Assembly (NCBI GenBank): GCA_043228905.1
Contig: JBHGNT010000003.1
Span: 14,198,001-14,262,000 of the forward strand
Direction: 5' to 3'
Length of the DNA: 64,000 nt
Source of the DNA: Azolla caroliniana
Taxonomy: Eukaryota; Plantae; Polypodiophyta
The notes beneath the pieces are model-generated. The model was not told the origin of the DNA, searched no databases, and saw only the letters and a program-made list of their open reading frames with translations. Shown here piece after piece: positions 9,711-22,300 of this stretch. The translations under genes were made by a program, and so were the position numbers. Position 1 is the first letter of the stretch. Each line of letters opens with the position of its first letter.

Positions 9711-11823
9711 GCGTGTCCTGGTCTTCTGCCGACAATCGAGCCATCTTGAAGAAGTTGAGGGCGACATCTTCATCTTTCGAAACCATGTTACTTCCATTTG
9801 AAAATCTTGCCCTCGACAGCATGTCAGCCATGGCGTTCTTCTTCCCTGCGATGTGACGGATCTCTGGGTTTAAAGACTTGATGTAGGCGATCCACCTTAG
9901 CATAGCAAGATCTGGGGTTGCACATCCCGATACCATTCTGAGAATTGGGAGACAATCTGTCTCTATTATCACTTCTGACCCGATCAGGTAATCTTTGTCC
10001 GTCTTCACTGCCGACACAATACCCCAAAGTTCCCGCTTGACTTGGGCATATCTTTGTTGCCGTTTGCTGAGAACCTTTGCTCCGAACCGGATGGCATATC
10101 GCGCATTATCTTCACCTTCTTGATTGATGACCCACCCGATTCCGGTTGGGCTCGTATCTACGGTCACGTAAAATGGTTTCCCTTCGGCATAGTCGGCCTT
10201 CCTTAGTGCCGGAGCTTCAAGAAGCAGTTTCTTTAATCTTCGCATCGCCTCTGTGTGCTCGTCTCGCCATTCGAACTTTATTCTTTTCTTTAGTAGTCCA
10301 TATAACGGTTCGGCGACATGAGCGTAGTGAGGAATCCATATATGATAAAACGCGCACGCTCCAAGGAACCTTCGAACCTCCGTTTGGTTTTCACATTCTT
10401 CTTTCATGTCTTGGATTGCGTTCACTTTGGATGGCGAGGGCTTCCGGCTGTATGCTCCACACAAGTGACCTACCACCAAGATCTCCGGTTGCCCGAATGC
10501 GGATTTTTCTCCCGAAAATGTCAAATTCGCATCTTCGAGCCTTTGAAGCACCTTCTCGCAATCTTTCATATGATCCGCAACGAACTTTCTACAACCTTCC
10601 TTATCTTTCGATTCATCTTTCTCCTCATCCGAACATCCTTTTATCAGAATATCATCCAAGAATGGCATCGTGATGTCCGGCATGCAATCCTTCAAGACTT
10701 TATTCATGGCATTCACCATATGAGCCACCGAGTTCGTTGCGCCTTGGGGTAAGGTACACATCCGCACAAGCCCGATCGGAGTCCTCATGGTTGTAATGTC
10801 CCGACTGTCGATCGCCAATTGGAATTGGTCATATCCGGAGTAGAGATCGCCAATGGAGTAGATGGACCGGCCCGCAAACGCTTCGGCAAATTCGTCCACG
10901 CTCGAACCGATTCCGACATTTCGAATTGTCACCTTGTTGACGGGTTGAAGATCTTGGATGAATCGCAATGATCCATTCTTCTTCGGCACCGTGAACCACC
11001 TATTGGAATAAGGAGCATTCGACGGTTCTAGAATTCCCATACTCACCTTCTCCTTTAAGAGCTTGATCAGCTTCGGAAGGTGTGCTCTCGGAACCGGTAT
11101 CGGTTTCAAGTTCCAAGGCACATGAGGCACCGTGAAGATCACCATCGGCTCTATAACCTTTGGGTCGGCGCATCCGATTTCTCGTGGGAAGAATGCGAAA
11201 GCCTTTCCATGTCTCTCAAGCATATCGCGAAACATTCGCTCCTCTTCAGGGAGAAGGAAATCCTCCTTTCCAACTCGTAGCTTCCCCTTCGTCTCTTTGG
11301 TGAAGTCATGACCTATCTTCTTCGGATCTCTTAAGCTTGGATCGTTAGCGATTTCCTTCATCTTTTGCCAGCTATCTTCCGGTAGCGGAACCACAACTGG
11401 CTTGATCTTCTTATCCACCGTTTTATATTTCGTGTTGATTTCAGCTTCCTTCATCGAGATGCCACGACGGTATTCATCGATGATAACGTACATGTTGACG
11501 GAGTTAACCGAAATCACGCATTGGTTGTGAAGATAGCTCAAGTCCACGATGTCCTCGATTTCGCCGATGGTGTCGTTAAATGAGGCTTCTTCCATAATAT
11601 GAGTCATGAATTCCCCTTCTTCTATTATGTTCTCTTCTTTCAGCATCTTCTCGAATTCTTGTATCAGGTGCTTGTGCTTCTTGTCGGGTAGTACTAGTTT
11701 ACATGCGCCACTAGGTGTGACACATGTTGCTTCTCCTTGCAATCCACGCACTCTTCTTTCTTGTGGGGTCTTGTGATTGCTCGGACCATTTGTGCCCCAT
11801 GCTTCAATAGTCCGCTCTAAAAA
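9711..11823 (-). CDS. pol: RT-RNase H part of pol of A (split from IN by B)
   Basis: ORF 9646-11751 with PFLDD and RNase H motifs; removing B restores the in-frame junction ...AEDQDT/QTLHAFNENK... Confidence 0.9.
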
Positions 11824-11826
11824 TCC
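11763..11826 (-). promoter_or_regulatory. Predicted -1 frameshift signal of A
   Basis: Minus strand G_GAT_TTT_TAG; stem1 CGGACTATT/AATGGTCCG; stem2 TGGGG/CCCCA; -1 frame open (FLERTIEAWG...). Confidence 0.72.
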
Positions 11827-14012
11827 GAGGATTCGCCTCCGAGACTATCTCGATTCCTTTCATGATTGGCTCGCACCGTTAGGAATTGGACCGATCTTTG
11901 GTTGTCAAGACTCTTTATTCATGCGAAGGCTGCTCCATTATCGAACACTTTGGTCTCCATCCGAGATGATGTGATATAAGGTTGCCCTAGGATGACAAGA
12001 TGCGATGCCGATTCTTGTACGAAGAAGTGTTGATCCATCTCCACATCCCCGATCGTGACTTTGACATTGGGACAAGCTCCGTACAAGTCCTCCGTAGCCT
12101 TTGTTGCCACGTGAATCTTCCATCCGTGGTTTGTATTGATTGGCCATCTTCCCTTTTTGTAGAAGTCGGTTGACATGAGGTTGATCTCCGAGCCGTGGTC
12201 GATCAAGGCTACGACGGTCTCTTTCTTCTCCCCGATCTTCACCGGCGTCTCCGTTGTCGCTCGTGCCCAATGAGGTCGAGTGTAGTGGCTGTCCACCATA
12301 TCTTCATCGATTTCGTCTCTTGCCATCGTTATGGCATTCGTTTTTGCTTTTTGCGGCTTCTCTTCTTCCTCGTCCGATTGTTGTCTCTTTCTCTTTACAA
12401 GGTCCACGATCGTGTCATGGAACTCCTTCGTAATGCCAAGCAATTCCCTCAAGGACAAAGTTACGTGGCTATCAAGAACTCGTTCTTCGAGAATCTTCTT
12501 TAGGTCCGTCGTCTGCTCTATGTCCGACCTTAGCTTATAGGTAGGTATAGTCCTTGTCCTCCGAGCGGGGTCTTCGACACCAACCTTCACGGGCTGAACC
12601 GTTTCTTCAACTCGTATGCTCGGCTCCCCTTTTCGGCTTGATTCTCGTTCCTCCATTTGTAAAGGTTGACTCGTCTCCGCATCGTCCTTCTTTTTCGCGT
12701 TCCTTGTTTCATGTCTTTTTGATGGCCGTTGCTCTTCTATTCTCTTTCTCTTTTCTTCGACGAACACCTCATGGTTGTCGCACATCACCTCTGCGAGTAT
12801 GGTGTTGTCGTCCACCGGATCCGACCACCCGGTTATGCTTTGCACGCTTCGGTCCGCAAGCTCTACCTCGTTCGATGTGAGTTTTCCCTTCTTCTCATAT
12901 TCGAGAACGGAAATCCAAAACTTTGCTCCCGCTCTAGCAGCTTCAGTCTTGTCTTCCCCGACTCTTATTCCAGCCGACGCAGCATAGTGCATCGCATCCA
13001 CATGAGTCGTATCGGCATCCTCCATAGATCTCTTCATTCCTCCTCTTCCGAAATTCACCCGTAGGGGTCTTCTAGTCTCGCTCGAGCAGATCATGTTGTC
13101 CTCTATGTATACGATATTTTGTCGAATCGCCTCTCGAAGGCTCGCACAATCCCGTCTCATCTGGTCCATGCTATCGCACCACACGCATCTAAAGGGTTCT
13201 TTTCCTTTAGGGCCCCGACGATTCATGTTGGCTGGAGTGACCTTCTCGAACTTCTTCGCTAGCTCTTCAATGATGTCGTCATCAATCTTCTTTTCTTCCA
13301 CGTTACTTTGTCTTGGCGGCTCAGCTACTTTCGGCGGTCTTGCTTTCTCCGTGGTAGTCGGTCCCGTCAAGTCGGTGTCATCAACCCATTGGCGATGCTT
13401 GTCGAGCCTATTGCATGCCCGCTTCACCGCGATCCAGTCCGCTACGAACCCATTTGCTTGGGTATCATCTTTGAGAAGAGTCCCCAACTCCCGTCTATCC
13501 TTTATGTCCACGGCCTTCAAGAAGTACAAAGTCTTGTCCTCTTCAAGCAACACTTGGTCCGTATTGGGGAGACGACTAAACATCTAGTCGAATTCGTCGT
13601 ACACCCTCGAGACGCTCATCTTCTTATTCTTCTTCTCTATCCACTTCATCAGGGCATGTCGAGTCATCCTCGTTGAGTCTTCAGTCACGAACTCCGCTAG
13701 TATCCTTTTCTCGAACTCGGACCATGTTGTCTTACCTTCTTGAAGCTCGATGACGCGTCTTTGGATGTTGTTGGCGACAACTCTCTTGAAGCTTGCGATT
13801 TGACGTGCCTCGGACACGTCCCTCTGATTCATCTCCCTTCTATATGCATCAAGGAACTTCGTAACGTTCCTTCCATCGAATTGGCCCTCCAGCTCTATGA
13901 CACGATCGACAGCCTTCTCCACGCTCGCGTCGTTGTCCCGAGATCTCATCATTTGCTCGACGATTAGCATCATCCTTTCGAGCTCTCTTGCTTAGTTGCT
14001 TGAGGACGCCAT
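11817..14012 (-). pseudogene. gag-pro: gag-protease of A with three premature stops
   Basis: ATG at 14012; in-frame stops at about 13993, 13585 and 11920; LIDHGSEIN protease motif; homologous to B and D ORF1. Confidence 0.88.
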
Positions 14013-14079
14013 CTCCAAGTATTAATCTCGACTTGATCCTTCCTACCGCCTCTTTCACGTCGGGTTCACCACTTAATTA

Positions 14080-15112
14080 TGTCGTGAAGATCCGTCACTA
14101 CGCGCGGATCGTGAGGCGGAACCGCCGGGGTTCTGGACCAGAAGGATTTAGAGTCGATACAAGCTTTGGCGAGAAAGTACTTAAGATAGATTGGGAAAGA
14201 GAGAAGTTGAGATTACACGATCAATTTGATAACGAATTTCTTCCTCTTAATTTTCATAAAAAAAACCGTCTTTTTTTCTCCTCCCCCTTCCCTCTTTTAT
14301 AGATGCTCTCATGCATATGATGCATGTGAGGGTACAAGACATGCATAAATTGCATGTTTGCCATTTGGCGCTTAAGTATTACATGTGGCGCATGATAACC
14401 ATGTCACTCATTTTAGCTCTCATGTATGAGAATTTACATGTAAAAGTACAATGATAAAAATATAATTTCAACTAAATAGCATGGCTTAATCGTAAGCCAT
14501 TTGACTCCTAACTTGGAGGTGCAAGGTTCGAATCCTTACTTGCCCTCCTTGTATATGTAAATATGTATATATATTTATATATTTATTTATCTAGTCGCCG
14601 GACGCCGGTTCGCCGGATGCCGTCGCCGGACGCCAGTGCCGCCGTTGGTTACCGGTGCCGCCGCCGGATGCCGTCGCCGGATACCGGTGCCAGATGCCGT
14701 CGGATCACCGTCTCCATCGCCGGTCCGGTTTTGGTTGGCCAAAACCCTTTACGAGTAGCTAGCCCACCTCCACTCTTAGTTCAAGTTACCTTGAACTCTC
14801 TATGCTCCACACATAGACACAAAGATAATATCTTTTGCTCCACCTTATATATGATGAGAGCTGTATTTGTCGTGCCTATGTGGGATATCTCACAATTTTC
14901 TCCTTTCCTTTTACAAACTTTATACCCTCATATCTTGACATTTAGTTGTCCGTTTCTCGTGTAATAAAGTGCATTCGAAAGCTCCATCATTTTGTACTTA
15001 GATATTAAATCTATTTAAAATATTATCTTCACAATTATTGTACTACGTGATTCATACTCGATTTCGTACGTTTTATAGGATTTTCACACTATTGCCGAAA
15101 ATCTTCACGACA
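14080..15112 (-). repeat. 5' LTR of A (1033 bp) with expanded GC-rich CGCCGGA(T/C)G repeats
   Basis: Matches 1-910; GC-rich block 14595-14740 is longer than the equivalent at 487-540. Confidence 0.95.
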
Positions 15113-16383
15113 CCGTGCTACCGGTATCGCCATTCTCGTACCGTCGAGCTCCGCGAGATGGTACGTCCCATTGCCGTTGGCGCCTGTTACTACGTAAGGC
15201 CCGAACCACCTCCTCGCAAACTTTCGCGTGGCCCTGTGCTCATTGTCGAGGCTGTTGTCGTAGACCAGCACCTAGTCGCCTTCCTCGATCTTCCTTGGCC
15301 GAATCCAGTGTGTTCGGTCGAACCGGGCTTTGGTCCTTATCCTCGCTACCCGAAGTTTCTCCGCGGCTCGCTCTACGTCCTCCGGTCTCCGCTCGAGCTG
15401 TCGAATCCGCGCCGCCAACAGTTCCTCCCGGCTCATCTCATCCCTCCAGTCCACCGTGGCCCACGAGGAGATCGTTCGCTCTGTTGCCATGATCGGCTTC
15501 TGTCCGAACATAAGCTCAGCCGGCATGAACCCGGTTACCGAACTGTGCATAGTCCGATCCGCCCACAAGGCATAAGGTAGCAGCCGTGGCCAGTTCCCGA
15601 CTTGGCCTCCGCACGCCCGTACTAGCGCTTTGACAATTGGCCCGTGTCTGCGCTCCACCTTCCCGTTCGCCTCCGGATTGTACGTTGTGGTGAGCGAAAG
15701 TTTGACTCCTAGCCGGTCGAACAACTCTTCGGCCTCTTCTACGTCCAACTCACCACCGGTCAACCACGATCTTCCCTACGCACCCGTATCGACATACTAC
15801 GTCCTCAATCAGAAACCGACACACGGCTGCAGTCGTCTTGTTCTACAAGGCTCGGCCTTCAACCTGGTTCGTTAATTCCTCCCGAGCCAACACCAAATAC
15901 CGCATCTGTCCTACCTCCATTGGCATCGTCACCAAATCCACCATCCACTTGAAGTGGACGGTCGGAGGGTAGGTCGGGTGGAGCTCGTCCCGGTGTCGGA
16001 TCATGGAGTGCACCTGGCAGCTTTCGCAAGTCGTCACGAACCGATGCACGTCCCGGTATAGTCCCGGCCACCAGTACTTCCTCTTTAGCTTTACGAACGT
16101 GGCCCATGTTCCACGGTGTCCAGCCCAAGGACTATCGTGGTACGCCGCTAGCAAATCCTCCTGTTCCTCCTTCTTCGCCACCACTCGGAGCGGGATGTCG
16201 TTCCTCTTCTTCGGGTGCTTCCATATGTACCTGTCCTGGAGAAAGAATCGGTAGGCTTTCTTCCGAATCCGGTTGGCCTCGTCCGTTGTCCACGCCGCGT
16301 CCGGTGTCATTGTTTTCAGGAACCCGCCGATCTGCAGCCACTCCCCGTCGTACTTGCTCTCGTCGAAATCATTAAGCGTTGGA
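15113..16383 (-). pseudogene. Integrase of D (stops/frameshifts)
   Basis: ORFs 15843-16310, 15272-15763 and 15089-15271 are homologous to B integrase. Confidence 0.88.
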
Positions 16384-19300
16384 TGTTACCGGCCGGCAAG
16401 GAGTCCAAAATACGGAGTGAAGGAATTAATTAAGTATGGTTGTAAATAAGCATAGTGTGGACGGACGGACTGGAAACGGTATGCCGTTCCAGATCCGGAC
16501 GGATCCCGAATGGGTGCGATAGGCACCGTTTTGTACTACGGGCCGGAAACCTATTTAAAGGCCCGGACCCCATTGTAATCGCAGCGGATAATTAATAGAG
16601 CATATGGTGTTTATACTTCTGTGTTGATTTCCGTTCTGTACTTACTGTTATATCTTACGCGTGTAATTAACAAAAGCGATCTAATCGTGTAACCTACTTA
16701 AGTCGGTGTAATCGTTGAATCTTAATCCTATGCCGTAACCACCCTTTGGTGAAGTGTCTCCGTGACACCTTGTGTTAGGCCTTGTCCGGTCAGAGAATAA
16801 CACAGTTTTGGCGACCACGATTCCTGCTTTCTCGCAGCGAACGACGGCTTAATGGATGACGAGACCAACGCACGACCTGGTTACAGACTGAGCTCGACGC
16901 CTCGCCGAACGGCAAAGACGGCGTGAGACTTTCCAGCAAGCAGCGCACAAAATTCGCTCGGATCGTTCGTTCTCCAACGAGATCCGGAGAGTCGCGGAGG
17001 AATCTCTTCGGTTACAGCAAACTCGCGGCCAGGACGACGGAAGCAGTCTAAGTAGTCTCCGAGAAACCGAACGCCTCCTCGAGGCGCTGGCAAGTGGAGA
17101 AAACGAGGCAGAAGCCTTTTCAGCCTACGAATTGGATTCCGAAGGGGGATACAGCGTGCACACGAACTACCGGAGCAGCAACGATACCCCTGGCGGCCCG
17201 AAGGATGACAGCTTGGATACCGTGCCGACTCCAGAACCGGAACCGCTCGACCAGGGCTATCCGGAACCGCAAACGGAAGCCGTCAACCCACCAACACCGG
17301 AAGGGGAAGAAGCAAAGCCACCGACACCAACGAAAGAGCCGGCGAAGGTACCGGAAGACGAGCCGGTGAAAGAACCGGAAAAACAACCGGAAGTGGAACC
17401 GGAGAGAAAACCGGAAAGATATCAACAAACGCCACTAAACCGCGGCCTAATACTGGACGACGACATGCCGTTCCAATACTCAAAGTATCGCGATGATCCG
17501 GACGCAGAAGCGCATGTTCATGCCTTCGAGCAGACATGGGAAGCAAATCACACGTCCCAGCGAATGACACCGGAGGAAGAAGAACGCTCGAAGATAGCGG
17601 AATTCGGGGTCACGTTGGAAGGACCAGCGACACGATGGCGGCGGACGCAGGACCCGGTGACCATCACAACCTTTGCAGAATTAAAAGCAAAATTCTTGCA
17701 TTTTTTCCACAAGGAGGTCGACCAGACGACAATGGTGGGCCTGTTTTATACGATCCGACAGGAGGCAGGGGAAAGCATTCCCCAATTCGTCATCCGTTTC
17801 CAACGAATGCATAGCCAGCTTGCCCGTGCACCCCCGGAGGAGGAATTACGGACGATATTTTTAAGCGCACTCCGGGAACCGTTACGCACGGTGTGTACGG
17901 TGATCGACTTTCGAGGAAGCACCATTGACCAGGTCATTGACCGGGTCAGAGAAATGGAAAAGTCAAGCTCATGGCTTACACTGGGAGCACTGCAACGGGC
18001 ATTACCCACAGATGAAGATCTCCGGTTCCGACAGGCAATTCAATGCACAATCTGCTTGAATGTCGGACACTCGGTAGTGGAGTGCACCATGCGAACCCAG
18101 TGTGTGATTTGTCAATCCAAGAGTCATACAACGGACCAGTGCGAGTATAACCTGCTAAACCGACAAGCACCACCCGTCCGACGGATCGAGCCAAGAAGCA
18201 GCCGAGACAAAGATGAAGATCGTTGGCAAAGAATGAACCGGTACCGACCGGCACAGGATGTCCGGTACGGAGACAGACAAGAGAATGATGGCCGGTACGG
18301 GGATCGGCATGATAACTACGACCGGTATGAGCGATCGGACCGTTATCGGGAGTCCAACAGACGACACGAGCAATACGACAGAGACCATTCCCCTGGTTAC
18401 CGAAGGCACCAGGAGGACTACGGCCGATTTTACGATCCACCACGACAGGACTACCGAAATAAAAATAAGAATAATAAGAAACGTAATTTCAAGAAAGGTG
18501 GTCACCCTAGGGACCCGGAACATGGAACCCCAAGGAGCCAACCAGCACAGAACGCGCCACTCACTACGGGACCGACTCCGGCTACCAGCAATGCTGAATC
18601 CAGCAATACCCGTAAAGAGTACTGCTACTACTGCAAGCAGGAAGGCCACTACAGTAACCAGTGCCCGGCAAAGAGCTACGATAAACGACCAACAGTTAAT
18701 ATGGTGGTTCCGGAAGTGGCGGATGTACAGCAAGTAACCACACGGTCGAAAGGCATGGCCAAAGAGTGGGAAACACAAGAGGCCATACGAAAACAGGCGA
18801 CGGAATGGGTAAAGGAAGCCAATGAAAGGAACGTCGCGGACGCGGAACGGCAAAAGGCGAATACCATAGGGAGTGCCGGCGGTAGCCACGCAGAAAACGA
18901 GACATGGCAAGCACTGCAAGAATGTCAGATCACGTTGCCATTAGGAAGACTCTTGCAGCTCGTGCCACGATTTACGGAAGGACTAAAAACGGTCATGACA
19001 GACGGTAGAGCCCCACCGGCACCAGTCCTCTTCTCGAATCCGGAGGAGGGACCGACGGTGGTGGACACTAGCAGTCCGGTGATTACAGCTATTGTCAAAG
19101 GGCACGAACTTCCCGGCACAGTAATCGATGGAGGTTCCGGGGTGAACGTAATAAGCCTCCACACGTGTGATGCCTTGGGTATACATGAATGGGAGCCATG
19201 TCCGTTCTGGCTACGGATGGCGGATACGAGCTCTGTACGGCCGACGGGCATAATACGGAAATTGGAAGTCACCATAGGAGGTCACACATTTCACATCTCG

Positions 19301-22300
19301 GCTGTAGTGCTGCAGCTACAGGCGCAAGGCGCGTACCCACTGTTGCTGGGCAGACCATGGTTGATAACAGCACACATCAAGCAAAATTGGCGGAAAAATA
19401 TGATTACCTTCCGGCGCGGAAAAGCCAAGGTCCGGGTACCGACACAACCACGGACGAGCAACGGTAAGGAATGCACACCGCTATATGCGGAATGCGTGAA
19501 CATGCTTGAAGGGTTGGCAGACGACGAAGAAGCCCAGTACTTGGAGGAACACCCGAAGATCGTACCACTCTTCGAGATTGACGTAGCTGAAGCCGTAGCG
19601 CCATACTTGCCGCAGCGGGACGAAACCGAAGCCGAACCAGACAAAGATGCGATTCGGGAATTACGGCAAGCACAGGAAGCGTTGGAACGGGAAATGGCCG
19701 TTTCCCAACGGGTAAAAACATCCCAGCTCGACGAAGTGAACCTAGGAAGCAAGGACGAATCAAAGCCGGTACACATCGCCAAAGAAATGAAGCCGGAAGA
19801 TAAAGCGGCGATGATCAAACTTCTCACGGAGTTCCGCGACGTATTCGCCTGGTCATACGAAGACATGCGAGGGCTGGACCCTCAATTATATCAGCATCAG
19901 ATCCACTTAGGCAAGGACGTGAAACCAGTGGCGCAAAGACGTTACCGAATGAACCCCAACTACGCCGCCAAAGTGAAGGAGGAAATCGACAAACTCCTAA
20001 GAGTGGGCTTCATCCGGCCGGTAAAGAAAGCGACGTGGCTGAGCCCCATCGTCGTCGTTCCAAAGAAGAACGGTAAAATCCGCGTGTGTGTAGATTACAG
20101 GAAACTAAATGCAGCCACAATCACGGATGCATTCCCTCTTCCGTTCACGGATGGAGTACTGGATGCCGTCGCCGGCCATGAAGTTTATAATTTTTTAGAC
20201 GGGTTCAGCGGATACAATCAAATCCGGATGCACCCCGACGACCAGGAGAAGACAGCGTTCGTCACCGAATGGGGGGTGTTTGTGGCCGAAGTAATGATGT
20301 TCGGCCTAAAAACGGCACCAGCAACGTTCCAGCGAACCATCATGGAGGCACCACCGCACAGAGAAGCCGACCGGGTCATCAAGGAGCTCGACACAGAAGT
20401 CATCACCGAGGAAGCGATCCGTGCGCTAATAGGCCTTCCGGAGGGAGGTATTTTTCAGATCGATAACCCAACCTCGGAGCAACTCATCCGATATTTCGGT
20501 GAGTACTCTCTAGCCGGCAAAGGCTATCGGACGCAGGGCGGCGAAGATCCGCTATTCAGGGAGATAGCTCGAGTGCTCCATGAGTACGGCCACGTGTACC
20601 CCCGACCCCCTGTCATGCCAAAAAATCGGGCAGGGATGATCATAGCCACCTATGAAGGGATCAAGGTGGACTGGCCGGTGTTGATTGCAGACGGTTTGTG
20701 CGCGGCAATCGACATGGTACGAGGAAAGGACGGCAAGGAGGGCCGGAAGCTGTGGCATGCCATAGCGCAGTGGATAACATTGCTCGTGCCGCCGGTCGAG
20801 ACCGTTCAGCCAAAGAAGCGGCCAAGATTATCGAAAGGAAGCACCTCGAAGCCCGCGTCCAAACGACAACAGCTGCTGGCGTCGAAGGCGACGAAAGGGA
20901 AGAAACGGCTCCCAGAACCGGAGGAGGTGTCACCGGTCCTACCCGTTAAGATAACCATACGGCGACCGGGACAGAAGGAACCGGAACCCTTGACGACACG
21001 GAAACATGCCGTTACCCAGGAAGAGGAAACGGAGGAGCCAGAAGAGCACCTCCAACGACGGTCAAGAAGTAGGACCGCCGGGACAACGGGGGAGCGTTCG
21101 GAACCGCAAAAGGAAGAAACGCCCCCAACTCAACCTGAGCAAACCACAAGGGAGGAACCGGAACCGGTGCGTATAGAACCGGCCTTGTCGACTTCTATAG
21201 AAGAAGTCATTCCAACGGCTCCGGAGACGGCGAGAACCGGAACTCAACAGCCGGCGAGCCCAGCCAGCACACACAGCGGCCAAGGAGTAGAACCAGAACG
21301 GCAGATACAGGCACTCAGGCCAGACAATTCCATAGTGAACGAGCCGACCCGACCAGTACAGCAGCAAGGCACCAGTAGCATGTGGCTACGGTGGGTAGGC
21401 GAGCAGATCGCCGGAGCGGTCGAGTACATAGAGGCGGAGGAGAGAGCGCACCACGAACGGTTGCTCGTCACAACCGTGGATCTAGAGACGGCCCGGTCCA
21501 GAATCCGGAGCCTTGAACAAGACTTGGACAGGGTCACAAGGGAAATGGCTCAATTGTCTTTGACAACACAAGTCCAAGCACCGGTGACTCCGGGCAATGT
21601 ACAGAATAAAGCGTCAGATCAACCTGTACATAGCAATCAGACCCCGGCAACGGAAACCGTTCCGGAGAGAAATGCGGCACAAGCCCAAGAGCTTGCGGAC
21701 TTAAAGGATGAGCTAGCTGCCCAAGAAGCGCTGAGGAGCCGCGAAAGAGAATTGAAGACGGCAGCGGAGGCGGAACTCAAAAAGACTGCTGAGAATCTAC
21801 GCCGGGCCGAGGAGAGCTTACGAAAAGGCCACCAAGCGTACGACCGGCTCAAGGAGGAAAAGGAGAAAATGCTGCAAGAGAAGGACAGGCTCCGGAGAAA
21901 CGCCGAAACAGAAATAGAGCGCCTGAAAGAGGAACTCCGGCAGCTAAAGAACCGGGAGGACCGGAACCATCGCCAGATCACCGGCAAGCTCAAACAAAAA
22001 ACGGAGGAATTTGAGCAATTGCACCGGGAGTATAAACGGTTGCAAACGGAGCACAAGGAACGGACGGATGAGCTCCGGCAAGCAGTTGATCGGACCGCAA
22101 CGGCATACGCTAATGAACAAGCGGAAACCAGAAGACGGTTGGAAGAGGCGGAGAAGGTTCGGACAGAGCTCCTCAGGCAACAGCAGGCGGAGAAAGAAAG
22201 AGCGGCGGAGGTACTGCAGAGGCTGCAGACAACATATCAAGGGCAGCTGACGCGCTACAGAGAGCAGGCGGAGGATACGGCTAATCTCATCAAGCAGTTG

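Larger units (their letters stand above)
1..15112 (-). mobile_element. Ty3/gypsy LTR retrotransposon 'A' (Trp-primed, no chromodomain, Phygy-like), degenerate; interrupted by B; inserted in the integrase of D
   Basis: LTRs 14080-15112 and <1-910 (right copy bounded by 12-bp inverted repeat TGTCGTGAAGAT...ATCTTCACGACA); PBS 14055-14071; PPT-like 911-927; gag-PR, RT-RH and IN ORF pieces on the minus strand. Left LTR starts about 26 bp before the window, so the TSD cannot be checked. Confidence 0.93.
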
